Counted from the stretch's first letter, positions 21,601-33,764 are shown. The stretch is 64,000 nucleotides of DNA from an uncultured bacterium (GCA_963749495.1 CAVVMW010000010.1:192001-256000); one strand, 5' to 3'. Translations and numbers: made by a program. Notes: a model not told the origin generated them from the sequence alone.

Positions 21601-23371
21601 AGTTTCAACGAGACCAGCGGCACTACCGTGGCCAACAGCGTCGGCGGCGCCACAGCCACCCTGGAGGGCGGCGCCACCCTGGGCGGCGGCGCCGTGACCC
21701 TGGATGGCGCCAGCGGCTATGTTCTGTTGCCCGGCCACCTCATCGATGGCGACAGCGCCGTAACCTTCGAAACCTGGGTCACGGTCGATCCCAACACCGC
21801 CAACGACGACGACAGCCGTCTCTTTGCCCTGGGCTCCAGTGCGGCCACCAACGAACTGAGCGTGACCGCGAACACCGGCTACAACACCTCCGTCCGCTAC
21901 TTTGGCCCCCCGGCCCTGAGCCTCATCCGCGGCGGCTTCCTGGGCATCGGCCAGGAGTTGCACCTGGTGGCCGTGTTCAACCCGCCCGCGGGCACGATCG
22001 ACTTGTTCCTCAACGGACTCTGGCAGAACTCCCTCACCAACCTCGGCTTCTCGCTCTCGGCCATCACCGATGCCGTCGGCCTCCTGGGCGTGGGCCTGGA
22101 TACGAACACCTTTACCGCCGCCACCTTTGACGAGTTCCGCATTTACAATGGCGCGCTGGACCTCTTCGGCATCCGCGCCAGCATGGCCGCAGGCCCCAAC
22201 GCGGTCGTGGCCAGCCCCGGCGCGCCCGTGTCCCTCACGCTCAAGGCCGATCCCATGATGGTCCTGGGCAGCCGGCAGATCCCCCACGTCCATGCCTCCT
22301 TTGCCTCAGTGACCAATGTGGATCTGACACAGACCGATCCGGTGAGCTGCTCCTCCAGCGATCCCAGCGTGGTGAGCGTGGGCCTGGATGGCCGCTTGCA
22401 CGCCATGGGCCTGGGCTCGGCCACTATCACCGCCACCGTCAGCGGCGTCAACTCCAGCGCCACCGTCAGCGTCGTGCCCAAGCAGACCATGCTCGCCCAC
22501 CGCTACAGCTTCACCGCTGACGCCTCCGATTCCGTCGGCGCGCAGGATGGCGTCGTGTTCGGGACCGCCTCCATCTCGGGCAACGCCGTGGTGCTCGATG
22601 GGGACGCGAACAACAAGAACAGCTACGTGGACCTGCCAAGCGGCCTGGTCAGCAGCTTCGACTCCGTCACCCTCGAGGCCTGGGTCTCCCTGGCCTCACC
22701 GGTGGTGGCCTGGGCCAGAATCTTTGACTTTGGCAATCAAAGCGCCGCTGCCAACGGCCTGAGCTATGTCTTCCTGACCCCTCACAGCGGCACCCCCAGC
22801 ACGCGCATGGTGCTCTCGGATGGCGTTGCCGCCGCCAACGAGGCCGTCCTGGACTTCACGGCCTTCACACTGGACGGGTACAGCGGCCAGGTTGCGGCCG
22901 TGTATGATCCGCCCAATAACTTGCAGTCCTTTTACACCAACGGCGTCTTCATCGGCTCCGCCAGCCTCAACGCCAAACAGCTCGCCGGCGTCACCGACTT
23001 GCACTGCTGGCTCGGCCGCTCGCTCTATAACGCCGATCCCGGCCTCAGCGGCAGCATTGACGAGTTCCGCATCTACGCCGGCGCCCTCACGGCCTCTCAA
23101 ATCGCGGCCGACACGGCCGCCGGGCCCAACACTGTGGTGCTGCCGCCGCCGATGACGGTTGGCCCCAAGCTCTCCGTGGTCCTCGGGCCACAACGTGGTC
23201 CTGAGCTGGCCGGCCTCGTCGCCCACCTTCACCCTGCAAACCTCCGCCGCACTCGGCCCCGCCGCATCCTGGGGCCCCGTCGTCGGCCACACACCGGTCC
23301 TGACCAATGGGCTCGACCAGGTCACGCTCCCGACTGCTGGGAGCGCGGCCTTCTACCGGTTGATTCATTAG
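18616..23371 (+). CDS. Large secreted protein with five LamG-like domains separated by Ig-like (BIG2) domains; C-terminal FYRL domain after a frameshift near 23185
   Basis: Five THRYSF-type...DEFRIY units, SSDPxVxxV linkers, tail HNVVLSWP...FTLQ...FYRLIH. Confidence 0.88.
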
Positions 23372-23490
23372 GGGTAGCTGAATCTCCGGCCCAAAGGGCC
23401 GGCAGAGCCTAGCCCAGGGCTGAGGCCGCCAGGCCGATGCCCTGGGCGGGGGTGCGATTAAAACTGTCCGCCAGCCCACGGCGCCTTTTT

Positions 23491-23678
23491 GCCCCGAAGG
23501 GGCTTCCGACAATAGCCCGGCGTTTCAACGCCGGGTGATCGGACCCACGGAGCAGGTCCGTCCCGAAGGGACGGCTGAAAGCAAGGAGTGTTCTCAGTCG
23601 TCCCTTCGGGACGAGCGTCCCTTTTGTGGCTTTCCCGGCGTTGAAACGCCGGGCTATTGTCAGATGTCCCTCCGGGAC
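23491..23678. repeat. REP-like composite palindrome (GTCCCGAAGGGAC / CCCGGCGTTTCAACGCCGGG)
   Basis: Nested inverted repeats. Confidence 0.75.
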
Positions 23679-23790
23679 AAAACCCCCGAGGCGCATGTCC
23701 GACGCTTTTAATCGCACCCCCTGGGCTGGTGGGGCTTGCAAGGCCACGTTCTAACGCATTAACCTTGCCTCGGTTTAAGTAATTCCGCTC

Positions 23791-24581
23791 ATGAACAATG
23801 AAACGCCAGAAGAGACACTGCCCCCCAACCGCCCGCGCCTTTGTCGGGACCGAAAGGTTCACCCGACGAAAACTGGATTGAGACGCGGTTTCGAGGGGAG
23901 TGCTCGGAGACGCTGGATTGGGTTTGTGGGCTTTCTGGTCTTGTGCCTCAGTTGGCTGGCGCCCACCCTGGGAACCATCGCAGCGGAGGATGCTCCTGCA
24001 CCCAGGCTGCAGAAACGATGGTTGTTTTTCTGGCGCGACATGAGCAACCCGGAAGAGGTCGAGCGGATGATCGCCCGGTTCCCCCGCGCTGCCGCAGGTG
24101 GTTATAATGGGGTCGCTTTCTCATACAACATCGCCCCGAGCAAGGCGGCCAGGCTGCGCCAGGCAGCCGCGCAGAATGGGTTGGACCTGATCGCCATCGT
24201 GATGGGAGGGTCGCACGACCGAAACAGAAAAGGAACGACATGTTCGACCCGCTTCACAATGCGGTCGAACACTACTACGCCGTAAACGGCCCGCTGACGG
24301 ATTCCTGGAAGGGTTTGGACAAAGGAATCGGCATCGTCAATTGGCATGGCGGACTGAAGGGCAGGAATTGCGAATTCTTTGCCGATCTCGGTCTCAAACA
24401 GATTCTGTCCGGGTATTACGATGGAGACGAAGATGGGGCTGCCATTGTCGAGTGGCTCCACAACACCGAGGGCACCCCGGGAATCATCGGCGCGATGTAC
24501 ACAACCTGGGAAGACAAATACCAGGCCATGGATACTTGGGCCAGAAGGGCCTGGGGCGCCGGGATTGACTCGGGCCGCTAA
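23791..24581 (+). pseudogene. Internally deleted secreted glycoside-hydrolase-like gene
   Basis: Signal peptide + RAAAGGYNGVAF N-terminus joined out of frame near 24225 to a C-terminal part MFDPLHNA...VNW...GAMYTTW. Confidence 0.55.
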
Positions 24582-24732
24582 CAGCCTGTTGAAATACCGT
24601 CAATTCAACCGCGAATGGACGCGAATAGACGCGAATACCTCGCCCTGGACACGCCGGGACGTGGGTTTCCCGCACTTCGGGTTCATTCGCGTTCATTCGC
24701 GTTCATTCGCGGTTCCTTTCTTCAACAGGCTG
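24582..24732. mobile_element. MITE-like element, TIR CAGCCTGTTGAA, CTAA target duplication, internal inverted 10-mer arrays
   Basis: CTAA at 24578-24581 and 24733-24736; internal (GACGCGAAT)n / (ATTCGCGTTC)n. Confidence 0.75.
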
Positions 24733-24772
24733 CTAAGTGGTCATGACCACTGAAGGCAGGTGAGCCCCGCTG

Positions 24773-25915
24773 TCATTTCGTCCGGTCGTGTTTGGCTTTG
24801 AGCCAGGCGTCCCAGATGACGAGCGCGGGCTTGGGCCGCTGATCGCTGGTCTGCATTCCCGTGTACGCCCAGATACGGGCCAGATCATCCACCGGCGGAG
24901 GCAGTTTGGCGCACAACTTTTCGAAGTCCGTTGTGGCGAAGTTGATGACAAATTCGTAATGGTCTCGCGCAGCCGACTTTAGCAGCAGCTCGGTGAATTG
25001 TCTTTGATCCGCTTCCGATCCCCTCAGGGTGAGTTTGAAGGCTTTGAGTTCCACGTCGCGGGAGGTCATCCCGGATTCGGCAACGGCGATGGGTTTCTCG
25101 AACGCTCTGGCGAAGTCAAACATGCCCGACGGAATGGGACGAGGCACCGAATAACTCATATGAGGGTAGAGGCTCATGGCGAAGATGTCGCTCTGCTTCA
25201 TGAGGTCGGCGACTTCGCCTTCCTGGTCCTTGTCCTTTGCTTCGGTCGCCAGTTTCTTGTAGTGCAGGACTTCAGTGGTAAAAAACACCGGCAAGCCTGG
25301 ATAGCGGGCTTTTACGGCGGAGTAGGTTTCGCGGTGGAGTTCCTTCAGTTGTTGCCACCTGGCCGGGCTGTGGGACAACAGCACGTTGGACTCGACGCCA
25401 ATAGCGAGGTAATCGGGATTCATGGCCTTCACGGCGCGCAGGGTGAAGTTCAGGAAGGCCTTCTTGACCTCCGCATCGTTTAAGGGCCGCCGCTCCCACG
25501 CCTTGGGGAGCGGCAGGTTGTCCTTCTCCCCCCAATACGGAGCGATGCCGGTGCGGTCCTTGTTCAGCGGGGAAATTGACAGGAACAACTTCCTGCCGCC
25601 TGGCGGGCGGTAATCGAGATTGCTCTGAACATCCTTGGAGAACGGCTTGCCTTCAAGGGCTTCCGGCCAGGGGATTCCGCCGATGAACATGACCGAGACC
25701 ACATCGCCATGGGCGCAGGCAAAACTCTGAGCGATCTGAAACCCGTCCACCGACAGGTCGGACGGCCAGCGTGTGAAACCCATCCTGAACGGGCGGGTGG
25801 AAGGCAGCGGAGGATCGTCCGCGCTGGATGCGCCGGCGATCAGTGTGCAAGATGCGGTCACCGCCATTGTGAGCAGTAGTCGTCTGAGCATGGAGGGCGT
25901 TGGGTCGATGGTCAT
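24773..25915 (-). CDS. Secreted putative glycoside hydrolase (clan A-like TIM barrel)
   Basis: Signal peptide, PDYLAIGVESN, SLYP, KPIAVAESG, GMQTSDQRPKPA. Confidence 0.6.
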   Translation of the reverse strand: MTIDPTPSMLRRLLLTMAVTASCTLIAGASSADDPPLPSTRPFRMGFTRWPSDLSVDGFQIAQSFACAHGDVVSVMFIGGIPWPEALEGKPFSKDVQSNLDYRPPGGRKLFLSISPLNKDRTGIAPYWGEKDNLPLPKAWERRPLNDAEVKKAFLNFTLRAVKAMNPDYLAIGVESNVLLSHSPARWQQLKELHRETYSAVKARYPGLPVFFTTEVLHYKKLATEAKDKDQEGEVADLMKQSDIFAMSLYPHMSYSVPRPIPSGMFDFARAFEKPIAVAESGMTSRDVELKAFKLTLRGSEADQRQFTELLLKSAARDHYEFVINFATTDFEKLCAKLPPPVDDLARIWAYTGMQTSDQRPKPALVIWDAWLKAKHDRTK

Positions 25916-26117
25916 CTCTCTTTCAGGAGTATTCGGAATCCCAAAGTCTTGCCCGGAGCACCTTTGACAAGCAGGCACATTTCATGTGGACCAGAGTAAA
26001 TGATATGGCCTGCAAGCGTCAAGGCGCCCACGCGACCGCAAATCCACACGTCGCGGAACGCGCAGAAACAGGTGGAAGCCACGCAGGAGGATGATGGTTT
26101 CTGGTTTGGTTAACTAG

Positions 26118-26256
26118 AGCCTGTCCCAAGGGCCCCGCGAGTGGGCGACCTTCGTCGCAGCCTTTGTCGAAACCTTTGTCGGATTGGCCCTTTTTCGACA
26201 AAGGCGCCGACAAAGGCGCCGACAAAGGTCCAGAACCAGAGCTTTTGGGACAGGCT
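26118..26256. mobile_element. MITE-like element, TIR AGCCTGTCCCAA, CTAG flanks, internal inverted 12-mer CGACAAAGG arrays
   Basis: CTAG at 26114-26117 and 26257-26260. Confidence 0.75.
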
Positions 26257-26318
26257 CTAGCCACGGTTTCTTGGATTTGGCTTGATAATGGAGAGAATTG
26301 GCGGCAAAAAGGGAGTCT

Positions 26319-29300
26319 ATGACTGCCCACCAATCGAGTTGGGACCGATGGCCCGGAGAGAAGGCGAGCCGCCATTGGGTGAAAGGCGCGGTCTTCAGCC
26401 TCGGGTTCATCTTCTTCTGCCGGTCCCTGGGCGCAGGGTCGCTGGTCGAACCGCTGCGCCACGCCCAATACGATTTCTGGCAGGCCTCCGATGGTTTGCC
26501 GAATCACAATGTCGTTTCCGTGGCGCAGACAGCGGATGGGTATATCTGGGCAGGCACCATCGGCGCCTCCAACAGCCTCGTTCGATTTAACGGGAAGGAG
26601 TTTGTCCAGGCGATCAAGCTAGGGCGTGGCCGGGACGAAGGCGGGGCCTGCGTGGCGCCGGGAAAGAACGGCCGGCTGTGGGTCTCCAAGACGCTCGACA
26701 AAGGCGGCTTGCTGCGTTGGGAGCACGGGAAAGCCACGTCGATGGACCTGGATCTGCCTCATGCCGCCGAGTGGGACATTCCTTTGTATGAGGATCCGCA
26801 GGAGAACCTTTGGATCGGCGGACAAGGATTGCTGGTTCGCACTCCGGAGGGCCGGGTTAAGGATTTCCGTTCGCTCACCAACCGATATGGGCTGATCCGC
26901 TGCATCGCCGCGGACAAGCAGGGCGCGATTTGGCTGGCCACGGGCAATGGCTTGGCGCGCTGCCGCAACGATGTGTTTGACCAGCCGTACACGCTCACCA
27001 ACACCTTGCGCACGGTCTGCCCGAGCCGCGACGGGAGTTTATGGTTAGGCGGCGAGACAGGGCTCATTCAGATCACCCCGTCGAGAGAGACGGTTCGCTA
27101 CTCGCAAGCCCAGGGCTTTACCTCAAAGGGAGTTGCGGCGATCTGCGAAGACTTGGAATCCAACATCTGGATAGGCACATACTCGGGCCTGTGTTGTGTG
27201 AAGGAGCGCAGGGTGTATCCGGTACAGGAGCACGACTTGAAAACCGCCTACATTTTCTGCCTGATCTGCGACCACGAAGGAAGCCTCTGGGCAGGGACCG
27301 CCGACGGCCTGTATCGTGTGCGGGATAATCCTTTCGAGTATTACGGACCGGCGGACGGGCTCGGCCCGTGAACACCTTGTGTGCGGGACCGAGCGGGCTT
27401 TGGGCGTCCGTTTACGTGCGCGGCCTTTTCTTGTATCGGGAGCATGCCTGGGAACCTACCGGAATCAGCGAGAAAATGGGAGCGGACAACCTGATCGAGT
27501 TTCCTAGAGGCGAATTGTGGTTGTCCGTTGATCGCCAATGCTATCAATTCCGGAACGGACAAAACGAGATCCTCGGGGACATCAACGGGGACATGCGGTT
27601 TTGCGCGGATGGTCAAGGGGTATGGATCATCACCGGCACTGGTCTTTGGCATTCCCATAGGGGGGAGGCGCCCAAGCGGGTTGACAGTTGGCCGTTCATG
27701 GAGATTACCGCGGTGGCGGCCAATACAGGGGGAGGACTGCTGATCGGCACAACTCAAGGGGTCAGCCGATGGGCGGGACAACTCATTCCGTGGCTTCGGT
27801 TTGATGCTGATTTTCCAGGCAACCGCGCCAACAGCCTGGAATGGGAAGGCGAATCCCTGTGGCTGGCCTCCGACGTCGCCATTGGCCGCTATCAGGCGGG
27901 CCAGTGGCAGGTGATTCGCCCGGAAGCCGGTTTGGCGGAGACGGGCGGGATCAACAACCTCCTGGTCGATCGCCAGAACCTGTGGCTGGGATGCTTCAAG
28001 GGCCTGTTCCGGATCAGCCGGGCGCAGGTCGAAGGTTGTTTGCGCGGCGCCATCGGCCAGGCCAGCGTCGTCCAATATGACAGGACCCAGGGGGTGCGCC
28101 CGGGTTATTTTGGCTCCGGGGCTTGGGGTCAGGGCACCGCTCGAGACGCCGAGGGGAAGTTGTGGTTCACATCGAAGAACGGCGTCGTGGCGATCAATAC
28201 CGCGATCGCCTTGAATACGGGAGCCCCTCCGGTGGTGGTTGAGAGCGTCAGACTCAATCAAAAGCCTGTGCCCTCGTTGCCCGAACCGACGGAGCCGCCT
28301 CTCCGTGTGGCGGCGGGGATGCGCAGTGTGGAGATCACCTGCGCCGCCCTGACTTTCATTGCCCGGGAAAAGGTGCGGTATAAATACCGTTTGCTGGGAT
28401 TGGCTCCCAACTGGGTGCAGGCAGGTCAAACCAACGTGGCCCGCTACGGCAAACTGCCGCCCGGCGGCTACGAATTTCAAGTCGCCGCGTGCAACAGCGA
28501 CGGCGTTTGGAATGAGGAAGGCGCCCGTGTGAGGTTCGTGCAGAACCCCTTTTTCTATCAAACCCGCGTGTTTCTCCTCTTGTGGAAAGTGGCGGCGGCC
28601 GTCCTTTTTCTGGGACTGGCGGCCGCGGCGACGGCGGTGGCTCACAGGATTTCAACCCGCAAAATGCGCCGGCGTTTGGCACTCATCGAGGCCCAGCAGA
28701 GTCTGGACCGCGAACGCACGCGCATCGCGCGTGACATCCACGACGACCTCGGCTCGACCCTCACCCGGATTGTGATGCTCACCGAGTTGGGCCGGCGCGA
28801 ACCTGAGCGGACCCACACCCCGGATGGCCACTTGACGGCCATTCAGACCGCCGCCCGGGAGATCACGCGCCGCTTGGATGAAATCGTGTGGGCCATCAAT
28901 CCCCGGCATGACACGCTGGAGGCGCTGGTCACCTATATCGGCAAGATGGCCACCGACCAGGCCCGCGCCGCGGGACTGCGCTGTCGCATGGATTTTCCGC
29001 CCAACCTGCCGGTCTGGCCGTTGACCAGCAACGCGCGCCACAGCCTCTACCTGGCCTGTAAGGAGGCTGTCCACAACGCCATCAAACACGCCGAGCCCAG
29101 CGAACTGCGGCTGCGATTGGTCATCCAAGAAGATCGGTTGCTGCTCGAGATTTCCGATAACGGCGCGGGTTTGCCCGCGGACATGGACCCAAAGGCGGGT
29201 GACGGCCTTCAAAATCTTCGAGAACGGCTGGCCACGCTGGGGGGGACGTGCCAGATTCGCAGCGCGCCGGGAGAGGGCACCATCGTCACCTTCAGCCTGC

Positions 29301-29338
29301 CCCGGCGAACCCCTCACCCCAGCCCTCTCCCCTTCTGA
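26319..29338 (+). CDS. Sensor histidine kinase with beta-propeller/Y_Y_Y extracellular domain (frameshift near 27368)
   Basis: DGLP..QTADGYIWAGT repeats, YKYRLLG...LPPGGYEFQV, ERTRIARDIHDDLGSTL, EAVHNAIKHA, DNGAG. Confidence 0.92.
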
Positions 29339-29395
29339 GGCATTATTGTCCACCAAACAGGGGACTTGCTCCACGTGACTTTCCGACGCTAACCT

Positions 29396-30074
29396 ATGCG
29401 AATGCAAGCTGAGAATCCGTCCACACCGGGCCCGGTGGGGAGCGAGAAGAAAATCCGGGTGACCATTGTGGAGGACGACGCCAAATTACTCGAAGACGCT
29501 GGCGCGTTTGATCGGCACGGACCGCGAGTTCGAGTTCCTGGGCGGTTTTTCGACGACCGCCGCCGCCCTGGAGGGCATCCCGCGGCTGAACCCGGATATT
29601 GTGATCATGGACATCAACCTGCCAGATATTGACGGCGTGGAATGCGTGCGCCTGCTCAAGGAGATCTGCCCGCGCCCGCACGTCCTCATGCTCACCGTCT
29701 ATGAAGATGCCGATGCGGTCTTTAGCGCGTTGCGGGCAGGCGCCACAGGCTACCTGCTCAAACAGACCCCCTTCGGTGAAGTCCTCGGCGCGCTCCGCGA
29801 AATCTATGAAGGCGGCTCACCGATGAGCAGCCACATCGCGAGGAAGGTAGTGCAATCGTTCCAGGAAACCGGCGACGCCAATCGGGAGGTCGGCACGCTC
29901 TCCCAACGAGAGGGTGAGGTGCTTCAACTCATCGCCCAAGGCTATCTTTTCAAAGAAATCGCCGACAAACTCGGCGTCAGTTACGGCACGGTCCACACCT
30001 ACAGCCGCCGCATCTACGAGAAGCTTCAGGTCCGTTCGCGCGCCCAGGCCGCCGCCAAGTTCAACAGGAAATGA
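29396..30074 (+). CDS. NarL/LuxR family response regulator (frameshift near 29490)
   Basis: IVEDD, PDIVIMDINLP, GATGYLLK, LSQREGEVL...RRIYEKLQVRSRAQA. Confidence 0.92.
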
Positions 30075-30120
30075 CCCGTGCCCTCGTTTGCCGCCACCGT
30101 GGCAACCGTTCAGGGGGGGA

Positions 30121-30238
30121 CGCGTGGGGCAGACCTCCGGTCTGCCGGTTGCAGGGGCCTCTGGCCCCGAGGCTCGCAACTGCAAGGGACACGGAGCCGG
30201 AGGCTCCGTGAACCGGCAGACCAGAGGTCTGCCCCACA
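30121..30238. repeat. REP-like inverted doublet GTGGGGCAGACC..GGTCTGCCCCAC
   Basis: Nested palindromes. Confidence 0.7.
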
Positions 30239-30384
30239 CGTGAACAGTTACCACGCTGTATACCATTTAGGCGACAAGACGCGCGGTCATGAGGCTGGTA
30301 AGCTCCCTGCAAATCTGGAACACGGTCGTCCGCGAGTGGACCGTCGTGGTGCATGGGTTTGTAAACATCAAATCAATAACGTAA

Positions 30385-32169
30385 ATGAAGCAAAAACACT
30401 CTGTCTTCTTTCTGGGTATTCTCCTCACGGCCTGCCTGGGCGCCGCCCAGGCGCAAACCACGCAATCCTTCAGTCCAGGTTTCCTTAAATTGGAGGTCTG
30501 GACCAACTGCCCGGGAACGGCCGTCGATGATTTGCGGGCATGGCCCAATTATCCGGCAAGTCCGGACGAGGTTCACTACGTGCCTCAGTTCGAAATACCT
30601 CCCAACAAGTATATTAGCGGCAATAGCGGGGGCACCGCGCAGGGCGAAAAATTGAGCGGTTTCATTGTCCCTGCCGTGACGACCAACTATATCTTCTACA
30701 TGAGCGCAAACATTGCCGGTGAACTCTGGTTATCCACCGATGACACCCCCGCGAACCTTCAATTGATCGCGCAGGCTAACAACGACAGGCCCGGGCGAAG
30801 CTATGATCTCAACACCCCTTCGGGCACCGTTTCGCTCGTCGCCGGCCAGCGGTACTATGTCGAAGCCCTCCAGAAATCCTCCCCAACCGGCGCCGGCGAA
30901 GAGAATATGGCCGTCACCTGGACCTTGGATACCGATCCACCGCCCCAACCCGGGGCTGACCCCATCTCCGGCCAGTTCCTGGGAATTCTCACCGCGACAG
31001 ACACGACTCCGCCCGCGGCTGTGACCAATTTGGCGGTCAACCCCAACCTGGTTGGCGCTTCCTCCATGTCGGTGGACTGGACCGCCCCGAACGACCCGGG
31101 CAACACCAACCCCGTGGCCTATTATGATTTGCGCTATTCCACGCAGCCTATCACGTCCAACAACTGGGCAAGTGCCACCCAGGTGAACACGGTCTTTTAC
31201 TTTGGCATGCCCGCGGGCACGGCGCAAACCCTCAAGGTGGGCTCACTCGCTCAGAGCACCACATATTACTTTGCCATTCGCTCGGAGGACGCGGCCGGCA
31301 ATGTATCGCAGCTTTCCAACATCGCATCCTTTAAGACCTCAAGGGTCACCAATGGCATGAATGTCCTTTGGGACCTTGAATTCCCCGTTGACGGAGCCGA
31401 TCCGACCGTCAATGGCGACTGGATAAGCCGCGGAGGCGACCTTCCCGCCGCAACCTGGGCGACACTCGTGGCGGGTGGCATCCTGACAACCCCCGCCTGG
31501 AGTCCGATCCTGGACACTCGGCCCTTTGATAATTTTAACACTCCGTGGATCGTCGAAGTGGTGTGCAAATGTGTCGGCGTGGTCGATCCGCCTGATGCAG
31601 CCGGATGGAGCGGCGCCAACTTCTTTAACAACATGGATACCCGCAGCGATGGTTATTACAGCCAGTTCTCCTTCGCGCTGGCATTGCTGGCCGATGGCAC
31701 CCAAGCGTTGACGTTCAACGTTGACAATGGCCTTATCGCCACCTACCCCGGTCTGTCCGCCGACTTCCATGACATCCGTGTGGAAGTGGATACGACCAAC
31801 CAATTGTTCACAACGTTTATCGATTCGACAAACATGGGGACCAACGCTTATACCCGGAGCATGGGAAAGGGTAATGGCAATCCCGGGCCCTACGCCTCGG
31901 TCCTTGGCTGGGCTTATGCTGCCCAGTGGAAGTCTGTTAAAATTGGCGTGCCCGCTGCTCCGCCACCCCCGACGCTCCAGATCACCCGGACCGGGAGCAG
32001 CGTGGCCATCTCGTGGCCCGCTGCCGCAACCGGCTATACTCTGCAAACTACGGCCAACCTCTCGCCGGCCAGTTGGACCAAGGCCGGTGACCCCACCGTG
32101 CAGGGCGCTATGAATGTGTTCACCACGACGATCAGCGGACCCGCGCGGTTCTATCGGCTCAGCCAATGA
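30385..32169 (+). CDS. Secreted PA14 + fibronectin type III protein with C-terminal FYRL domain
   Basis: Signal peptide, GELWLSTDD, LVAGQRYYVEALQK, DTTPPAAVTNL, WTAP..YDLRYS, ISWP...YTLQ...FYRLSQ. Confidence 0.88.
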   Translation: MKQKHSVFFLGILLTACLGAAQAQTTQSFSPGFLKLEVWTNCPGTAVDDLRAWPNYPASPDEVHYVPQFEIPPNKYISGNSGGTAQGEKLSGFIVPAVTTNYIFYMSANIAGELWLSTDDTPANLQLIAQANNDRPGRSYDLNTPSGTVSLVAGQRYYVEALQKSSPTGAGEENMAVTWTLDTDPPPQPGADPISGQFLGILTATDTTPPAAVTNLAVNPNLVGASSMSVDWTAPNDPGNTNPVAYYDLRYSTQPITSNNWASATQVNTVFYFGMPAGTAQTLKVGSLAQSTTYYFAIRSEDAAGNVSQLSNIASFKTSRVTNGMNVLWDLEFPVDGADPTVNGDWISRGGDLPAATWATLVAGGILTTPAWSPILDTRPFDNFNTPWIVEVVCKCVGVVDPPDAAGWSGANFFNNMDTRSDGYYSQFSFALALLADGTQALTFNVDNGLIATYPGLSADFHDIRVEVDTTNQLFTTFIDSTNMGTNAYTRSMGKGNGNPGPYASVLGWAYAAQWKSVKIGVPAAPPPPTLQITRTGSSVAISWPAAATGYTLQTTANLSPASWTKAGDPTVQGAMNVFTTTISGPARFYRLSQ

Positions 32170-32204
32170 ACGGGCGACTGTCTCGCGGCCCAACGGGCCG
32201 CTAA

Positions 32205-32402
32205 GGCGCATATTTCACGGTTTCGCCAGCCGGAAGGCGTAGCGCAGATTTCCAATCTGCTGTATCGCAGGTTTCCAACCTGCGGGCGCCTCGCCCACAT
32301 GTGACACCCTGCCGACTGGAAGTCGGCGATACAGCAGGTTGGAAACCTGCGCTACGCAGCATCGGAAGCCTGACGCGGCATTCAAACTATGAAATATCCG
32401 GG
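32205..32402. mobile_element. MITE-like element (ATATTTCA..TGAAATAT termini, CTAA/CTAG flanks) containing a REP doublet
   Basis: Imperfect 19-bp TIR; internal GTAGCGCAG..CTGCGCTAC. Confidence 0.65.
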
Positions 32403-32473
32403 CTAGAACTTAGCCCGGGGCCTCGGCCTGGCGGCCTCAGCCCTGCTCCACCCGTTTTTGGATGACTTTGGTA

Positions 32474-32556
32474 TCTTTGTCGCAGCCTTTGTCGCAGCCT
32501 TTGTCGAGCTCAGCCGGATTTCGACAAAGGTTTCGACAAAGGCTGCGACAAAAGGT
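32474..32556. repeat. Inverted 12-mer arrays CTTTGTCG / CGACAAAG (third copy)
   Basis: 3+3 units. Confidence 0.8.
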
Positions 32557-32701
32557 CCTGAAAGTGACTCAAAGCCCGGTGCAGTTGGCCTCAGCCCTGG
32601 GCTGGACTCTGCCGGCGCTTCGGGCCGGAGATTCAAAGCGAGCAGAAAGGCTGGTCCATGCCTCTGTGGCGTGCGAGAGCAAGCACGCGTCAATCACCAT
32701 T

Positions 32702-33625
32702 GTGAAATTACTTTTGCACACGTGCTTAGTCGCACTGGCTTTGGTCCTCGGTTTCACGGCAAGGGCCGGGGACAGCGGTGTGAAATCACCCTCGCGTGCG
32801 GTAGCCTTGTCCCAGTTGTGGGAGGACACGGAATTGACGAAGGGTCTGCCGCACAGCTTCCGGATTTATCAACGGTTTCCGCTGGGCAACGGGCTGACCG
32901 AGCAACTGCGCCTCTATCTGGTCCACCCTCGAAAGTGGAAGGCATCCGACCGCCGCCCGGCTGTGGTCTTCATTCACGGCGGCGGCTGGGGCGGAGGGGA
33001 CCCGGACCAATGGTTTCCGCAATGCCGCTATTTCGCCTTGCGCGGCGCCGTCGGGGCAAGCGTGCAGTATCGTTTGACAGGAGCGACCAACAACATCGGT
33101 GCCTGCGTGGCCGACTGCCAGGCCGCCATCGCCTATCTGCGCCGCCACGCCGCGGAACTGGGGGTTGATCCCAAGCGAATCGCCGTGGTCGGCGAATCGG
33201 CCGGAGGACATCTGGCGGCGGCGTTGGGCACGGTGTCAGCCGAGGCGGGGCTGAGCGAAAGCGTGCCGGATGCGTTGGTTTTGTTGAATCCCATCACCGA
33301 CCTGACAACGCGCTGGGGAGAGCGGTTGGGCAGCTCAGCGCAAGAGATGTCGCCGTTGCACCACATTTCAAAGCGCACTCCCCCAACCCTTCTGATTCAC
33401 GGCGACGCCGATTCGGTTGTTGATATCCGCCATGCCCGGGCGTTCCATCGGCGCATGCTCGAATTGGGAAACCAAAGCCGCCTTGTCGAGGTCCCAGGGG
33501 CCGGCCACGCCTTTGCCGTTTTCGGCTTTGGCCCCGCCCCGGGCAATATCCTCGCCATTGTCGAAATCAACCGCTACCTGCGCGCTCTGGGCTATCTCAC
33601 GGGTCCCCCAATCCCTCTTAAGTGA
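32702..33625 (+). CDS. Alpha/beta hydrolase (esterase/lipase)
   Basis: HGGGW, GESAGG, IHGDAD, GAGHAF. Confidence 0.9.
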   Translation: MKLLLHTCLVALALVLGFTARAGDSGVKSPSRAVALSQLWEDTELTKGLPHSFRIYQRFPLGNGLTEQLRLYLVHPRKWKASDRRPAVVFIHGGGWGGGDPDQWFPQCRYFALRGAVGASVQYRLTGATNNIGACVADCQAAIAYLRRHAAELGVDPKRIAVVGESAGGHLAAALGTVSAEAGLSESVPDALVLLNPITDLTTRWGERLGSSAQEMSPLHHISKRTPPTLLIHGDADSVVDIRHARAFHRRMLELGNQSRLVEVPGAGHAFAVFGFGPAPGNILAIVEINRYLRALGYLTGPPIPLK

Positions 33626-33764
33626 AGAGGCATCATTCGTTCCACGGTGGTGCACCGGAGCTCACCCGAATATTGCTGGTATTGACCGGTGATGCATTCC
33701 AGCCCCTGTTCATGGGGCTGCCCGAAACTTTCATGAACGTGGCACAAAACGGGGTTTCTGGCCC

